A stretch of 64,000 bases of DNA, taken from contig OZ024747.1 in assembly GCA_964016885.1 (NCBI GenBank), positions 82,398,001 to 82,462,000 on the forward strand, read 5' to 3'. The notes beneath the pieces are model-generated. The model worked only from the letters and a program-made list of their open reading frames with translations. It was not told the DNA's origin and did no database searches. Positions within the stretch are counted from its first letter, which is position 1; every line of letters begins with the position of its first letter. Both the position numbers and the translations under genes were made by a program. The stretch comes from Eledone cirrhosa. Its lineage: Eukaryota. Below, one piece after another: positions 43,224 through 57,639 of this stretch.

Positions 43224-46200
43224 ATGGCTATGCTAAGAGTAGGCTGTTTAAATGCGCGTGGCCTGGGCTCAACTTGGAAGCAAGCAATGCTTCTAAATGA
43301 CCTCAGGTCACAACGTATAGATGTGATGGTTATTTGCGAGGCCCGGATCAGCAACGTGCGACAGCTGGCCCCCACCTTTGATGACTTTGAGATGCACGCA
43401 TCTCTCTGTCAGCCTGGAGGTGGGGGTGGAGTTGTCGTTCTGCTGCAAAAACATCTGGGTCTCGCAACACAGATGGTACATTTGGACCCGGAGGGTCGAC
43501 TAGTGGTTCTGGACCTTGGCAGTGGTAAAGGCGGAGCGTTTAGGTTGGTAGCCGCCTACGGCCCTTTCGGGTCAATGCGGCCGGACTTCTTCCATCGTCT
43601 GGAGACTTTTCTAGGGACGTCCCGCTCCTTGCTATTAGTGGGGGACTGGAATGGTATCCTAGATGCACGCTGGGACTACGTAGGGGCCTGCCCCGATAGA
43701 GAGGGGTGTAATAGCCTCAAAGGGTTAATCGGTCGATTTGACCTGGCCGATAGATATCGACTAGATTTTCCGACTGCGCCAACCTGGACTTGGGCAAATC
43801 GTAGCGGATCATCTAGGTCGTACCTAGATAGGTTCTTAGTTAGAATTAAGGATAAGGACTTTTTAAGTTGTCCAAAAATGCGCATTGTTGGCTATTCAGA
43901 CCACAAATTAGTGACCTGCATGGTCAACCTTGACAGAACTCATAGACAGGGCCCCGGTTACTGGAAGCTCAACTTGTCCTTGCCGGCAAGTAGAGCCTAC
44001 AGGAATCGGATTAGTACGTTAGTTAAGGAACGGTTGACTGGAGCGATCGTCAACAGCAGGTGGTGGGTATCTCTAAAGAGAGAGATTAGAGTAGTCTCGA
44101 TAGAATTTAGTAAGGTTCTAGCTGCGGATAGGAATAGGAAGGAAAAGGAGCTAATAGATAGAGTAGAAGAGGCAATTAGAAGCGGCGACGTGGCCAGAGT
44201 GCTAGCGTCGAGAACGGCTTTGAGCCAGTTTTTCGACGCGAAGCACGAAGGCTGCGTTGTCCGAAGTAAAATACGTGCTCTAGGGAACGAGGGGACCAAA
44301 GCTGTTAGCTGGGCCCGCGTGACAGAGGCCAACAGTGGAACTAAATCCACCATCCGGTCTTTGCGAGACCTGGATGGACGGGCGATTCTTGAGCCTAAGC
44401 AGATGTGTGAGGCCTTTCAAAGGCACTTTGCCCGACTGTTCGGGAGGGGCGGGGAGCCGGTTGGGAACGTGGACTTCGGTCCATACCTCGACGGCCTGCC
44501 GCGCCTCTCGGACAGGGAGGCGAAGTCCTGCGAGGAGCCGATTTCGGCCGCTGAGATAGAGGACGTGCTGAGCCAATGCGGCAAACGCAAATCCCCGGGT
44601 CTCGATGGTCTTCCTTACGAATTATATCTAGCTATGCCGGACTTGTTCCCCGATCTCCTCGAGGCGGTCTACTGCAACTGGCAACAGAACGGGAGAATTC
44701 CCTGTACTGTGACCAAGGGCGTAGTCACGCTAGTGAGGAAGGACGAGAACAAGGGGGACGAAATAAGTAATTTCAGGCCCATAACACTGCTAAATACAGA
44801 GTTACAGATTTTGGCCAAGGTGCTAGCAAAGAGGTTGGCGCTTGTCGTGGGCAACCTGGTGGGAGATGCGCAGACATGCGCTATCCCGTCCAGGTCCATC
44901 CATGACAACCTCCACCTCATGCGATACATCATAGAGAGGGTTGGGAACGAACCCGGCTTTGGTGGGGCTCTGATCAACTTGGATCAATCTAAGGCGTTCG
45001 ATAGGGTCGACCATGGTTACCTGGATGCGGTGCTAGCGGCGGCAGGCTTCGGACCCGTTTTCAGGGGCTGGATCACTGCTATGCACAGCAGCCGCATCTG
45101 CTCTAGGGTCAAGGTGAACGGCTACCTCTCGGAGCCGTTCAAAATCGCGCGGTCCATCCGACAAGGGTGCCCTCTCTCCTCCCTTCTGTATGTATTGACT
45201 CTCGAGCCACTACTGCGGAAGTTGGAGTTGTTGCAGGGCATCCCTTTGGAACCGGGATTGCGGAAAGCGGTGTCGGCCTACGCCGATGACGTGACAGTAA
45301 TGGTGTCGACGGCCTCCGAAATCGAGGCGGTCGGCACCTTACTGGAGGAGTACGAAAAGTTCACAGGGGCTAAGCTGAACCGGGACAAGTCGATCGGTTT
45401 GCAACTCGGCACGTGGAGGGGCAGACCGATGCCCTCCGATAGCGTCGTCGGACGCTGGACGGAGGGCCCGGTGAAGTTGCTCGGGGTCTGGTTCGGACCG
45501 GACCTCCAGGTGGAGAAAAACTGGGCGGAGGTTACGAACAGAGTGTTTGCACTGACCCAGAAGTGGGCCAGTTGCAAACTATCCCTGAAAGGTCGGGCGG
45601 AGGTGGCGAACACCTACATAGCGTCCGTCATCTACTACCGCCTGACCGTAGTGCCCTGCCCAAGGGAAACCCTCACCAAGATGGAGCGCGCGCTCTTCCA
45701 ATTCCTTTGGAAGAGGCGGGCTCCTATGGTGAGGAGATCCATCTGCTGTCAACACCCTTCGAAAGGAGGGCTGGGGATGCCGTGGCTAATGATGCGTAAA
45801 CACGCATTAAGGCTACGGCACCTCTACGTATTCCTCACCGGACAACCGGTGTGGGCCTCGTTTGTGAGACGAACCTTTCCCAGACTCGTCTCACTCACCG
45901 AGCTGCAATCCTGGGTCAAGCAAAGACCGAGAAAACTGGGCGCCTGGCACACTGAGTGTGCCCAGGCGCTCACCGCCCTCTGGCAGGCGGATCCGGTTAT
46001 CAGTGGAGACTCCACCGCAACATTCTATAGAGGGCTGGTACGCAGCAGGTGCGACGACGCCCTCGGAGAAGCCCTAGACATGGAGGAGGACGAACTGGCC
46101 AGCCTTTTCGGTAGGACATTCAGCCCGGGACCTATGGACAACTTCCAGAAGTCCCTGGCCTGGCAGTGCTACCGAGGGGCTTTACCCGTTCGAGAAAGGC

Positions 46201-46661
46201 TCTACAGACACGGGCGCCCGGGTAGGGACCCCGCCAAAAAGATCTGTCCCAGATGCGTGTGCGACGAGGAAACCGTTGCACACGCATTAGTACACTGCTC
46301 GGGCGTAGCCGATCTGTGGGGCTATGTCGAACAACTGCTGTCAAGGGTGGGACCGATCCGGTTGACCACCGAGTCTATTGTAATGATCAAGCCGCCTCCC
46401 CCCTTCAAAGATGAAGCAGAGGCGGTGTTTCTGTGCGTAATAGCCATGGCGAAAGAGGTTGTATGGTGGACGCGTCTGAAAGGACTGAGGTCGGGCACCT
46501 TTCTCTCTGGCCAACAACTGGTCCGTTTCTTCCGATATCATTTCGGAAGAAGGATCAGGATGGAGAGAGAGGTGCTGCACCCCAGCCGTTTCTATGAAAG
46601 ATGGGTGAAAGTGGCGAGAATGGCCCGTGTGAATGGGCCTTCACTCTACATCAGACTATAG
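43224..46661 (+). CDS. ORF2 protein: APE endonuclease, reverse transcriptase and C-terminal Zn motif
   Basis: EN motifs CLNARGL, GDWN, YLDRF, SDH; RT motifs KSPGLDG, RPITLLN, DQSKAFDRV, QGCPLS, YADD; CPRC..EETVAHALVHC; first ATG (AACATGG) at 43224. Confidence 0.95.
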   Translation: MAMLRVGCLNARGLGSTWKQAMLLNDLRSQRIDVMVICEARISNVRQLAPTFDDFEMHASLCQPGGGGGVVVLLQKHLGLATQMVHLDPEGRLVVLDLGSGKGGAFRLVAAYGPFGSMRPDFFHRLETFLGTSRSLLLVGDWNGILDARWDYVGACPDREGCNSLKGLIGRFDLADRYRLDFPTAPTWTWANRSGSSRSYLDRFLVRIKDKDFLSCPKMRIVGYSDHKLVTCMVNLDRTHRQGPGYWKLNLSLPASRAYRNRISTLVKERLTGAIVNSRWWVSLKREIRVVSIEFSKVLAADRNRKEKELIDRVEEAIRSGDVARVLASRTALSQFFDAKHEGCVVRSKIRALGNEGTKAVSWARVTEANSGTKSTIRSLRDLDGRAILEPKQMCEAFQRHFARLFGRGGEPVGNVDFGPYLDGLPRLSDREAKSCEEPISAAEIEDVLSQCGKRKSPGLDGLPYELYLAMPDLFPDLLEAVYCNWQQNGRIPCTVTKGVVTLVRKDENKGDEISNFRPITLLNTELQILAKVLAKRLALVVGNLVGDAQTCAIPSRSIHDNLHLMRYIIERVGNEPGFGGALINLDQSKAFDRVDHGYLDAVLAAAGFGPVFRGWITAMHSSRICSRVKVNGYLSEPFKIARSIRQGCPLSSLLYVLTLEPLLRKLELLQGIPLEPGLRKAVSAYADDVTVMVSTASEIEAVGTLLEEYEKFTGAKLNRDKSIGLQLGTWRGRPMPSDSVVGRWTEGPVKLLGVWFGPDLQVEKNWAEVTNRVFALTQKWASCKLSLKGRAEVANTYIASVIYYRLTVVPCPRETLTKMERALFQFLWKRRAPMVRRSICCQHPSKGGLGMPWLMMRKHALRLRHLYVFLTGQPVWASFVRRTFPRLVSLTELQSWVKQRPRKLGAWHTECAQALTALWQADPVISGDSTATFYRGLVRSRCDDALGEALDMEEDELASLFGRTFSPGPMDNFQKSLAWQCYRGALPVRERLYRHGRPGRDPAKKICPRCVCDEETVAHALVHCSGVADLWGYVEQLLSRVGPIRLTTESIVMIKPPPPFKDEAEAVFLCVIAMAKEVVWWTRLKGLRSGTFLSGQQLVRFFRYHFGRRIRMEREVLHPSRFYERWVKVARMARVNGPSLYIRL

Positions 46662-46925
46662 GTGAGGAAGATGAAAGACCAAGGGAGCACCCCTTCTCTG
46701 TGCTCCTGAGGAGAAGGGTTGCACACTTTTTTCGGGGGTGTGTGCGACCCCCCAAGGCGCCTCCTCTCTATTGAGGATTTTGTTAAAAATTTTATTTTTT
46801 GTTATATCTTATTTTATTTTTATATTTTGTTATTGCCTCCTCCTTATTGAGGACGCCTTTTTGTGTAAACTCCCCCCTTTGTACTTGTCCCACTTTTGAT
46901 GCCCTAGTGGCAAATAAAAGAAATA

Positions 46926-47102
<177 letters not shown>

Positions 47103-47580
47103 CTTGGGAGTGTGTGCAGCAGAAAAGTAGTCCCACATATATATATATATATATGTTTATTTCATACATACAGAATATTGTAGTGCTGGTATTAATATGT
47201 GTTAATTGGTCTGTTAATACTGCGGGCTCTTTCTTGTGGGACTACTTTTCTGCTGCACACAAACACATACCCATACACATATACTCATATTTACAGATGA
47301 GTTAGACTAGAGATGATTACATCGACGAAAACATTGGTAATGCAGGAATAACTAAACCTTAATACGACTATATATATATCACATATATTTTTATTGTTTG
47401 ACCCGAATTACTTGGTCGTTTCTTTGGCTGTGCGGATGTTTGTTTAACCATCGTCTCAGTGTGTTTGGCCTTTAACGTATGTTGTAGCTCTGGTTCATCT
47501 GAATCATCGAGCGTTTGCCACACATCTCGGAAGTTGTTTTTCGTTAATTCCTAAGCCGAAATACGATTCTCGCTAATTAA

Positions 47581-47628
<48 letters not shown>

Positions 47629-48032
47629 TCAGTTTTTTTTTTACAAAATGAAAAATAACCGAGGTGTCCTACACGTGTGAAAGTATAAAGAAAAAAAGAT
47701 GAAATCGAAAATGCAACTGGAGTCTTATTTTAAAAAAAATATAGATATTTATTTGGTTCCTTTACCGGTTTCGCAGTTCTTCTGCTTTTTCAAAAGTAGA
47801 GTTGAGATGGAGGGTCTGTGGTTTTTCTCATATCTCATATATATTATATATATCTATATATATAGAGAAAGCTTTAAGCTATACTCTGACTGGCTTCCAT
47901 CTCACTCAACAAAAACATTAGGATATACCTTAGTATAATCCCAGTTTTACATTTGGGGTGCTAACTATATGTATTTTGCGTATAGCCAGTTGTATTATTT
48001 TATATGAGACATAATTAAAATATATCTCCCTT

Positions 48033-48151
48033 TCCAAACAATTGTTTCATTATAAGTTTTCTACAAGTTGGCAAAAATGTGTCCATGTTATGTAGACGCC
48101 TGCACACATTCCGGAATATATGCAGGTGGGCACTTATAAATCATCAGTGGA
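48033..48151 (-). ncRNA. Type-I hammerhead motif with long branched stem II
   Basis: Minus strand: TCCA-CTGATGA-tTTATAAGT...ACTTATAAt-GAAA-CAATTG-TT-TGGA. Confidence 0.7.
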
Positions 48152-48357
48152 TGCCCGTCAAACATCGATATAAAAAAAACTTTCTTACCGATATCCAATC
48201 TAATGTTAGCGATGGTCCCTCTTCGTATCAGATATATATATAATGTAAAAGGTAAACGGAAATAACAACACAGTCGGTACAGTATATGGAAGGAATATAT
48301 TAGGTTAATATATATATATATATACACGTGTGTATATATATGTGTGTGTGTGTGTGT

Positions 48358-48459
<102 letters not shown>

Positions 48460-48681
48460 ATTTACATTGCGTTATATGGATGAATATAGGTCTAAAATGT
48501 TTTATTTCGTTATGATATTCGACATTTTGGAAAATGTCAAACCTACCTTTCGTATAAATTTTATTTTAATCAGTACCGAGAAAAAATATAGATGTTATCC
48601 TTATATACAACTACATAAACAGACCTAGTTAGACTTGTATGTTTCTGTCTATTTGCCTGTCTTCCTTCCCTCTCTCTCTCC

Positions 48682-48732
<51 letters not shown>

Positions 48733-48957
48733 AATGAATAATAACAGGTAGATATCATAAAAAGGTAATTTATTCCGTGTGCTTACAAGTGTTTCCACGG
48801 TGGTACTGCAGCCTAGTTCCGCTACGTGCAAATTCACAAGTACTTGCAGAACTCGAATATCCAATGCTGTGACCACTGTTTCCTCAGAGCAGAATATATA
48901 TATATATGTGTGTGTGTATATATATAGATGTATATATATATATACATATTATATATG

Positions 48958-48993
<36 letters not shown>

Positions 48994-48994
48994 A

Positions 48995-49114
<120 letters not shown>

Positions 49115-49189
49115 TTACACATAGTATATACATACCATATATATGTATATACATATTAATATACATATTTATATATATATATATATACA

Positions 49190-49574
49190 CCATCTGTGTG
49201 AGTTTCTCACTCAGATGGTGGATGGGTGCTACACGAGAATGCTGAGGATGGCTCTGAACATTAATCAGTATACACTGAGGATGAAAAACTCAGAGTTGTA
49301 TGGGAGCCTCCCAAAAGTCAGCTCAAAAGTGACACAGAGGAGACTGAGGTTAGCTGGACATGCTCACCGACATCCAGAGTTGACATTGCACTCAGTGCTC
49401 CTTTGGGAGCCCCTACATGGACACACTAGAAGAGGAAGACCAAGGTTAACGTATGTTGATGCCCTAAGGACAGACACTGGTCTATTGGACACGCAGGATA
49501 TGGCAGCGATAATGAGGGACAGAGACCGCTGGAGAGAACTCGTCCATGGATCTCGGGAATTTTACCCGCCTTAG
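49190..49574 (+). mobile_element. 5'-truncated RTE-clade LINE, near-identical to 24474-24926
   Basis: Same RT C-terminal peptide and same 3' end TTTTACCCGCCTTAGA. Confidence 0.85.
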
Positions 49575-49588
49575 AAAAAAAAAAATAT

Positions 49589-49708
<120 letters not shown>

Positions 49709-49961
49709 ATAATAATAAATTTGAAGACTAAAATCAAAAGAGGGCTCGATAAGGATAAATATATATCAGATATATAAGAACCGTAGAGCAAATATTTATT
49801 AAAATAACAGATTAAAGTTTAAGCAAAGAATCGCTGCTTTCACCCTTAACGGGATCTTCTGAAACTAACAAAGTCAATCTGTAAACGCAGAAGTGGATAT
49901 TTCAAAAAACTTTGCAACCGGGGAGGAAGACAGGTAGACGATACTTTGGTTCGTGGAAACG

Positions 49962-50217
49962 TTCCCTGGCAAAGAACGGGAAAAAACGAATATAATACGT
50001 CATTAATAGGAGCGGTGAAAAACAATTACGCGCAAAGACAGAACCACGTTTATGGTATAAAAGAAGTCGTAGACTAATGTTCTCTTAGGTGGTTCATAGA
50101 GATGTTCTCTGGCAATAAACGGAAAAAAACGAAGATAATACGTCATATGTGGAGCGTGGAGAACAATTGCACGCAAAGACAAAACCACGTAAATGGTATA
50201 GCTGAGGTCGTAGACTA
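49962..50217. repeat. Diverged ~140-bp tandem duplication
   Basis: GTTC.CTGGCAA...GTCGTAGACTA occurs twice. Confidence 0.7.
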
Positions 50218-50785
50218 AAATTGTAACTGGGAAACCGAATGAATCTCCGCTTCAGAGTTAAGAATAAAGTAAATAATATACAATACAGAGGTAATAGAAA
50301 TTAAATAAATACATACGCGCATGCAAATACGTACATACACAAGCATACGCGAAAACACTTGCCATAGGTATACAAAACCACGCACATATAAATATGTGTG
50401 TGTGTGCGTGTATACAAATAAATAAATAATTAAATAAACGTATATAAATAAATAAATACGTATATAACAAGCGCACACACATACCTACATGTAAATACAC
50501 AAATGTTCGGAGACGTAAGTCAACCAAAACATGAAGTACACATATATACACACCCTACATACGTACGAACCTGCATACTCACACAGACGAAAAACTCCCG
50601 TATACACATAACCAAACCATATGTACCAGAATATATAAAAAATTATACGCCATAACATATACAATCAAATATACGTACGAGAAAGTATACGTACCTTCAC
50701 AAAACATACAGGTAATATATACTTACTAAAATTTTAATAGTATTTCTATTAAAAATGTTACTATATGTAGGGGGAAAATGCTTCG

Positions 50786-51585
<800 letters not shown>

Positions 51586-51600
51586 GTATATATGTATATA

Positions 51601-51633
<33 letters not shown>

Positions 51634-51646
51634 ATATATATATATG

Positions 51647-51722
<76 letters not shown>

Positions 51723-51752
51723 CATACATACGTACAAACATACATACATACA

Positions 51753-51783
<31 letters not shown>

Positions 51784-52202
51784 GCACACACATATATATA
51801 TATATATGCAAGCAGGGGTGTGTGTTTGCTTGCGTGGGTAGATACCATAAAATATGATAGAGTCTGTGAAATATTTTAATTCTTCTCATATGACGATAAT
51901 AAAGTTCAATGAATTTCACAAAATAATTGGTTCTGTAATTCAAATTTATTCACAATTCCAAGCTTCAAATTAAATTGCCATATATGGATGTTTATTGACT
52001 AGTTTTAATATCGTACATGATCGTTCTTTTAATACACTAGTGAAATGAAATTGCAAAATTTTTGTTAATTTTTTAATCGTAGTGGATAATAAATACGGCG
52101 TCGTTTTTAGATTCCAGGATCTGCAGTAATATCTTGCATTAACGTTATAATCGTATAAGTATTTGTCACGTATAGCATGTATGGATGTTATTTGTGTGTC
52201 TG

Positions 52203-52317
<115 letters not shown>

Positions 52318-52428
52318 ATGTGTGAGTGTATGTGTGGGTGTCTGTACATGTGTCTATATATATATATGTGTGTGTGTGTGTGTATGTGTATGTGTGCGTG
52401 CCTGTGCATGTGTCTGTATATATATATA

Positions 52429-52459
<31 letters not shown>

Positions 52460-52585
52460 TTGTGTGTGTGTGAATTTATATATATATATATATTTGTGTG
52501 TTTGTGTGTGTGTATATATATATTTGTGTGTGTGTGTATATATATATACATATATTTGTGTGTGTGTGAATTTATATATATATAT

Positions 52586-52619
<34 letters not shown>

Positions 52620-52772
52620 TTGTGTGTGTGTATATATATATATATATTTGTGTGTGTGTGAATTTATATATATATATATATATTTGTGTGTTTGTGTGTG
52701 TGTATATATATATTTGTGTGTGTGTGTATATATACATATATTTGTGTGTGTGTGAATTTATATATATATATT

Positions 52773-52807
<35 letters not shown>

Positions 52808-52836
52808 TTGTGTGTGTGTATATATATATATATATT

Positions 52837-52944
<108 letters not shown>

Positions 52945-53159
52945 GGGGCGTGTGCCTGTGTATATATATTTGTGTGCGCATGTGTCACGTAAATTAACAT
53001 AAAATTGGAATTTAAAATTAACTGACGGAAACGAGCTGATATAATAATTATAGGAATAAAAAGACTAGCAATTATAATGGAAATATTTCTTTTGTGCAAA
53101 GCGATTATCAGAGAGCTCAAAAAGAATGAAAACAATCATGTTTTGAGCCGTGTCATAAT

Positions 53160-53208
<49 letters not shown>

Positions 53209-53559
53209 GTATCTGTTAGACAGGCAGTGACTAACAACAGAATGTTTTAAGTCTGCGTGTCTGACATACATGCGTAGCTTGTGAATAAAAATTTCAAGGG
53301 GCATCGTTGGCCGTGGTGATGCCTCCCAAACATCTTTTGTAATGTATCGTCTTATTGGCTAATTTCATCGTCTTATTGGCTAATCAATCAACGAGAGTAA
53401 TTGTTGCTCAAAAGCATCGGCCACTTTGTTTCCACGTTTATTTATCGTTTCGCTTTCGAATCTTCCTCCAGTGTTTCGTCGTTTTATCATCGAAATATTT
53501 TTCTCGTTTTGGTAAGTTATATTGTTAAGTTATATATGATTTTTTTAAAATTATATTAA

Positions 53560-54175
53560 CTATTAAAAGTCTGAAAATATTTTTATACATCTTACAATAA
53601 TATTTATAAGATCATTTATAAAATAACAATTATATAATCTAATTATATTACAACGATAATTTATTATTAATATATATCATGTTTAACTAGAGTTATTACA
53701 AGCGTTGCCTTACAAAAATATTAAACTAGACCTTAAAAATGCGCAAGCTCAAAAGAGCCACAGAATGTTATAATAAACGTTCAAAAGTGTGGGACTAGAG
53801 TTGTTGCTCAAAAATATTGTAATCATTATCTATCGTACACTCTGTGGCATCCTTTTATAAAAAAAAAAAGAGACTCATAACGAGCTCAAGACGACACGAT
53901 AATTATTTAAGTGAATTTATAATATAGAATTCGGTTTAAGTGCATTTCGTATTAATCATTACTAAACATCTAATATGAGATATTGAACATTAGCTTAAAT
54001 AATTATCGTGTCGTCTTGAGTTCGTTATGAGTCTCTTTTTTATAAAAGGATGCCACAGAGTGTACAATAGATAATGATTACAATATTTTTGAGCAACAAC
54101 TCTAGTCCCACACTTTTGAAGGTTTATTATAACATTCTGTGGCTCTTTTGAGCTTGCGTATTTTTCAGGTCTAGT
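53560..54175. mobile_element. Second copy of the foldback element at 9120
   Basis: Arms 53726-53911 / 53993-54175; upstream flank shared with 9160-9320. Confidence 0.75.
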
Positions 54176-54488
54176 ATATATATGCGCAACAAAAAGTAGA
54201 GACATTTAAATATAGATTCAAACTACATATTCATGTAATTGCATAACATATTTTATATTTTGCCATGTCACAATATTTTATATCTTGCCGTGTCACAATA
54301 TTTTGTATCATACCGTGTTGCAATCGTATTTCTAACAGCCAGGAGTTCATAAAAACAGTTATACAAATAGTTGACAATATTACTACTTATGTACACCGTG
54401 GTGTAGAAACCTGTGGTGGACGAGAAACATTTGAGAAATCGAGGTCTAAATACGCTCAATTTGCATTCTAAACGATTTTAGTAGAAAG

Positions 54489-54620
54489 TGAAGACGCACG
54501 GTTTAGTGGTTCGGATGTTTGGTTCAATATCGTAAGGTTGTAGGTTCGATTCCCGGTCGTGGTTCATTGAGTCATTAAGCAAGATAGTTTGTTTCATGTT
54601 ATTCCAGTTCACTCAGCTTT
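54489..54620 (+). mobile_element. SINE family B head
   Basis: A-box and B-box GGTTCGATTCCC. Confidence 0.6.
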
Positions 54621-56733
54621 CCTAAGTCATTCTAACAAGTCATTAGCAGCGGAGATGTGATTTCTCGATGCGGGGAAGTAGTGGTTCTACCAGGAGCGAG
54701 GCTCTGAGTTCCGAGTTATAAACTCTATCCAGTAACATTACTCGAAAGACTCTTTGATGGAACCCCATTTCGGCCACTTTTATTCGCGACCGTATTCTGT
54801 TGGCCCTTACCCAACATTTATGATCATAAGTAATCGTAGCATGAAGATAACAAGATAGGCTTTTACACCCGCCTTCTTCCTTCTTGTGTCCGAATGCTGA
54901 GGCTGGTATATTGTTGCACCAGCTTCTGCAATTCTTCCTTTTAATTCAGCCTAGAGTGCTAAAAGTTTTATAAATTAACACTAAAAATGGAATTTAGGTT
55001 TAAATTACGTGTATAAGCCTTTACAGTGTTTGGTATTTCGAGTGCTAAATAAGGTCTCTTACAAAGCGAATTAAGGGTAGTTTTCGTCTTGGAGTTTAGG
55101 CTGTTTCAATAAGTAACCATTTTCTACAGCACGGTATGTAGAGACAGTAAAATTGTTTATACGGACATGTTGATCTCGTTTTAGCTGTACTTATGACATT
55201 GTGTGTGTATATATATACATATATATAGAGAGAGAGTGAGAGAGAAATAGAGAGAGAGAGTGAGTAAGAGAGGGGGGAGTGAGAGAGGAGGAGAGGGAGA
55301 GATAGTTAGGTTTTCCTTTTGTAAAATAGAGCCTGGATGGATAATTCAGTCTGTATCTGTCTTGGTGTTTGATTTACTTTCAATCCTCTAAATATATGTG
55401 TATGCATATGTTTATGTATATATATATGTGTGTATGTGTGTGTTTCTGTATGTCTTTCTGTATGTGTATACACATACACGCATATACATCCTCGTTTTAA
55501 AAAAAATCCAACAACAGCCCGTGTTGCAAATTACATATCAGAATATATGCATATGCACACAACATTTGACGTCGGCATTGCAGTGTAATATAAATGCTAA
55601 TGCTGACCGCTTAAGACATTGATGAATTCATGATGTAAGCAACTCCTGCCTCTTTGCTTGGTAATTTTAAAATGTACTGTGAATCTCTGCCGGCAAACAC
55701 GAAATTATTGTTGCGATTTCTTTATTTCTTCTCTCGTATATCTTTCTTTTTTCTTTCTTACTCATTCTTTTGGTACGTATTTTACATTTTTTTTTTTTTG
55801 TATTTTCTATTCTGGTTTGACTTTTAAAGAAATGTACTATAGTTCCGTGAGAATGAAATGTAATTCCTGTATTGGATAAAGGAACTATTTACTACCAGAA
55901 CAAAATTGGTTTTCTTTATCATTTATTTCATCTCACACATCCTTTCTTTTCTTTCACACGCTTTTACCCTACTTCTTTCTCTATTCTTCTCAATCACTCT
56001 AATCTCTCTATATGATCTATTGTGTATTTTCCTATTCTTTTAACTTTACTTGTGCTTCTCTAGCTATCCTTCCGTCCATCTATTGACCAATCCAATCATT
56101 CATCAATCTATCTATTTTACTCAATATGGCACTTGTACAGATACAGTCTCTTTACTTCACACCCATTCGTATAACTCTGAATCTATATTTATATCTCTCG
56201 TTACATTTTTCTCTACTTTAGCCACCCTTTTTCTCTCCGTAGAGAAGACGACATAATTTCATAAAATTAAACCATATTTGCCAAACATTTAACATACTGG
56301 AGAAAGAACAATCTGATCTGTGTTGCATCAAAAATACATTGCTCACCAAAAGTACATTTTTTTTTTTTCATATAGATAAAGCGACAAAGACGAGATTTCG
56401 AAGTCACTGTCACTTTCCTAGTTATGTTTTTAATGTCTTAGATATTACTGTCTACACCACGGTGTGTATAGGCAGTAAAATACACAATCTAATATATATA
56501 TTTTCGGGTAGTGTTTTCGATGCTCAGAGAGTGGGATTAGTCAAGTGCAAGGTGTTTCCCTACTTAAGAAAACCTTCAAAGCACAGGCATTGTTTGTTCG
56601 GGATATGTTACAGGTTATATATATATCAAAATAAAGATCCGAAAGCATGGTATAAATTTATGAGGGACTAAACTCTGTGAGTGAACATCGTTAATTTTCT
56701 CCCTCATATCAAGGATTTGAAGACTATTCATTT

Positions 56734-56807
56734 TCACCTGACGAGATCAGTGATAATCGATCATGGCTACACGATCGATCTATCTCTTATTGAAACATGT
56801 GTCGTGA
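56734..56807 (+). ncRNA. Type-I hammerhead motif
   Basis: TCAC-CTGACGA-[GATA.ATCGATC..GATCGAT.TATC stem]-GAAA-CATGTG-TC-GTGA. Confidence 0.7.
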
Positions 56808-57010
56808 TTAAAATGATTAGAAATTTATACCATGCATTCGGATCTTTATTTTGATACAAATACTCCGTTTTACATCATCTAGCTGTTCCCATAAATGGAA
56901 TTGGAGATATACAAAAGCGGGGAAAACTTAATATTGCTAACACAAGTATATTGGACCGTATGACACAACCAATAATACACCTTACTATGTAACAACTATA
57001 TATATATATA

Positions 57011-57110
57011 TACAGGGTGTCCTCAGATAATGCATACACACTTTGATTACCTGTTCAGGCAATATTTATTAGAATGCTGTTGAAGTGTGTATACATTTTT
57101 GCCCCCCGCC
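57011..57110. mobile_element. Tc1/mariner-type MITE
   Basis: TA|CAGGGTGTCC start; body matches 31531 in reverse. Confidence 0.6.
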
Positions 57111-57386
57111 CCTCTGTGTGTATGTGTATGTGTGTATGTGTAGGTGTGTATGTATGTATGTGTGTGTTACTATATATTACCCCTCTTCCATGTATAATCT
57201 TCTAATCATATCAATCCTCGACCTTCTCTCAGACACTTTCTTTCTCCACACTTTCTCCTACCCCCTCTACCTCACTTCTTTCTTGCCGACTGTGTCTGTT
57301 ACCATCTACCTATCTACCTATCTATCTATCTATATCCCTCTCTCTCTCTCTCTCTCTCTATCCCTCTTTCTCTTTATATATATATT

Positions 57387-57466
<80 letters not shown>

Positions 57467-57580
57467 TATATACATATATATCCCTCTATGTAACTAGCTA
57501 ACACACACGTTAACACATATACATGTATATATACATGTGTGTGTGTGTGTGTGTGTGTGTATTAGCTGGCTAGATAGATA

Positions 57581-57639
<59 letters not shown>

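Larger units (their letters stand above)
41208..46923 (+). mobile_element. Full-length intact L1/Tx1-clade non-LTR retrotransposon
   Basis: 5'UTR, two intact ORFs, 3'UTR with AATAAA at 46913; (TATC)n on both sides. Confidence 0.93.
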
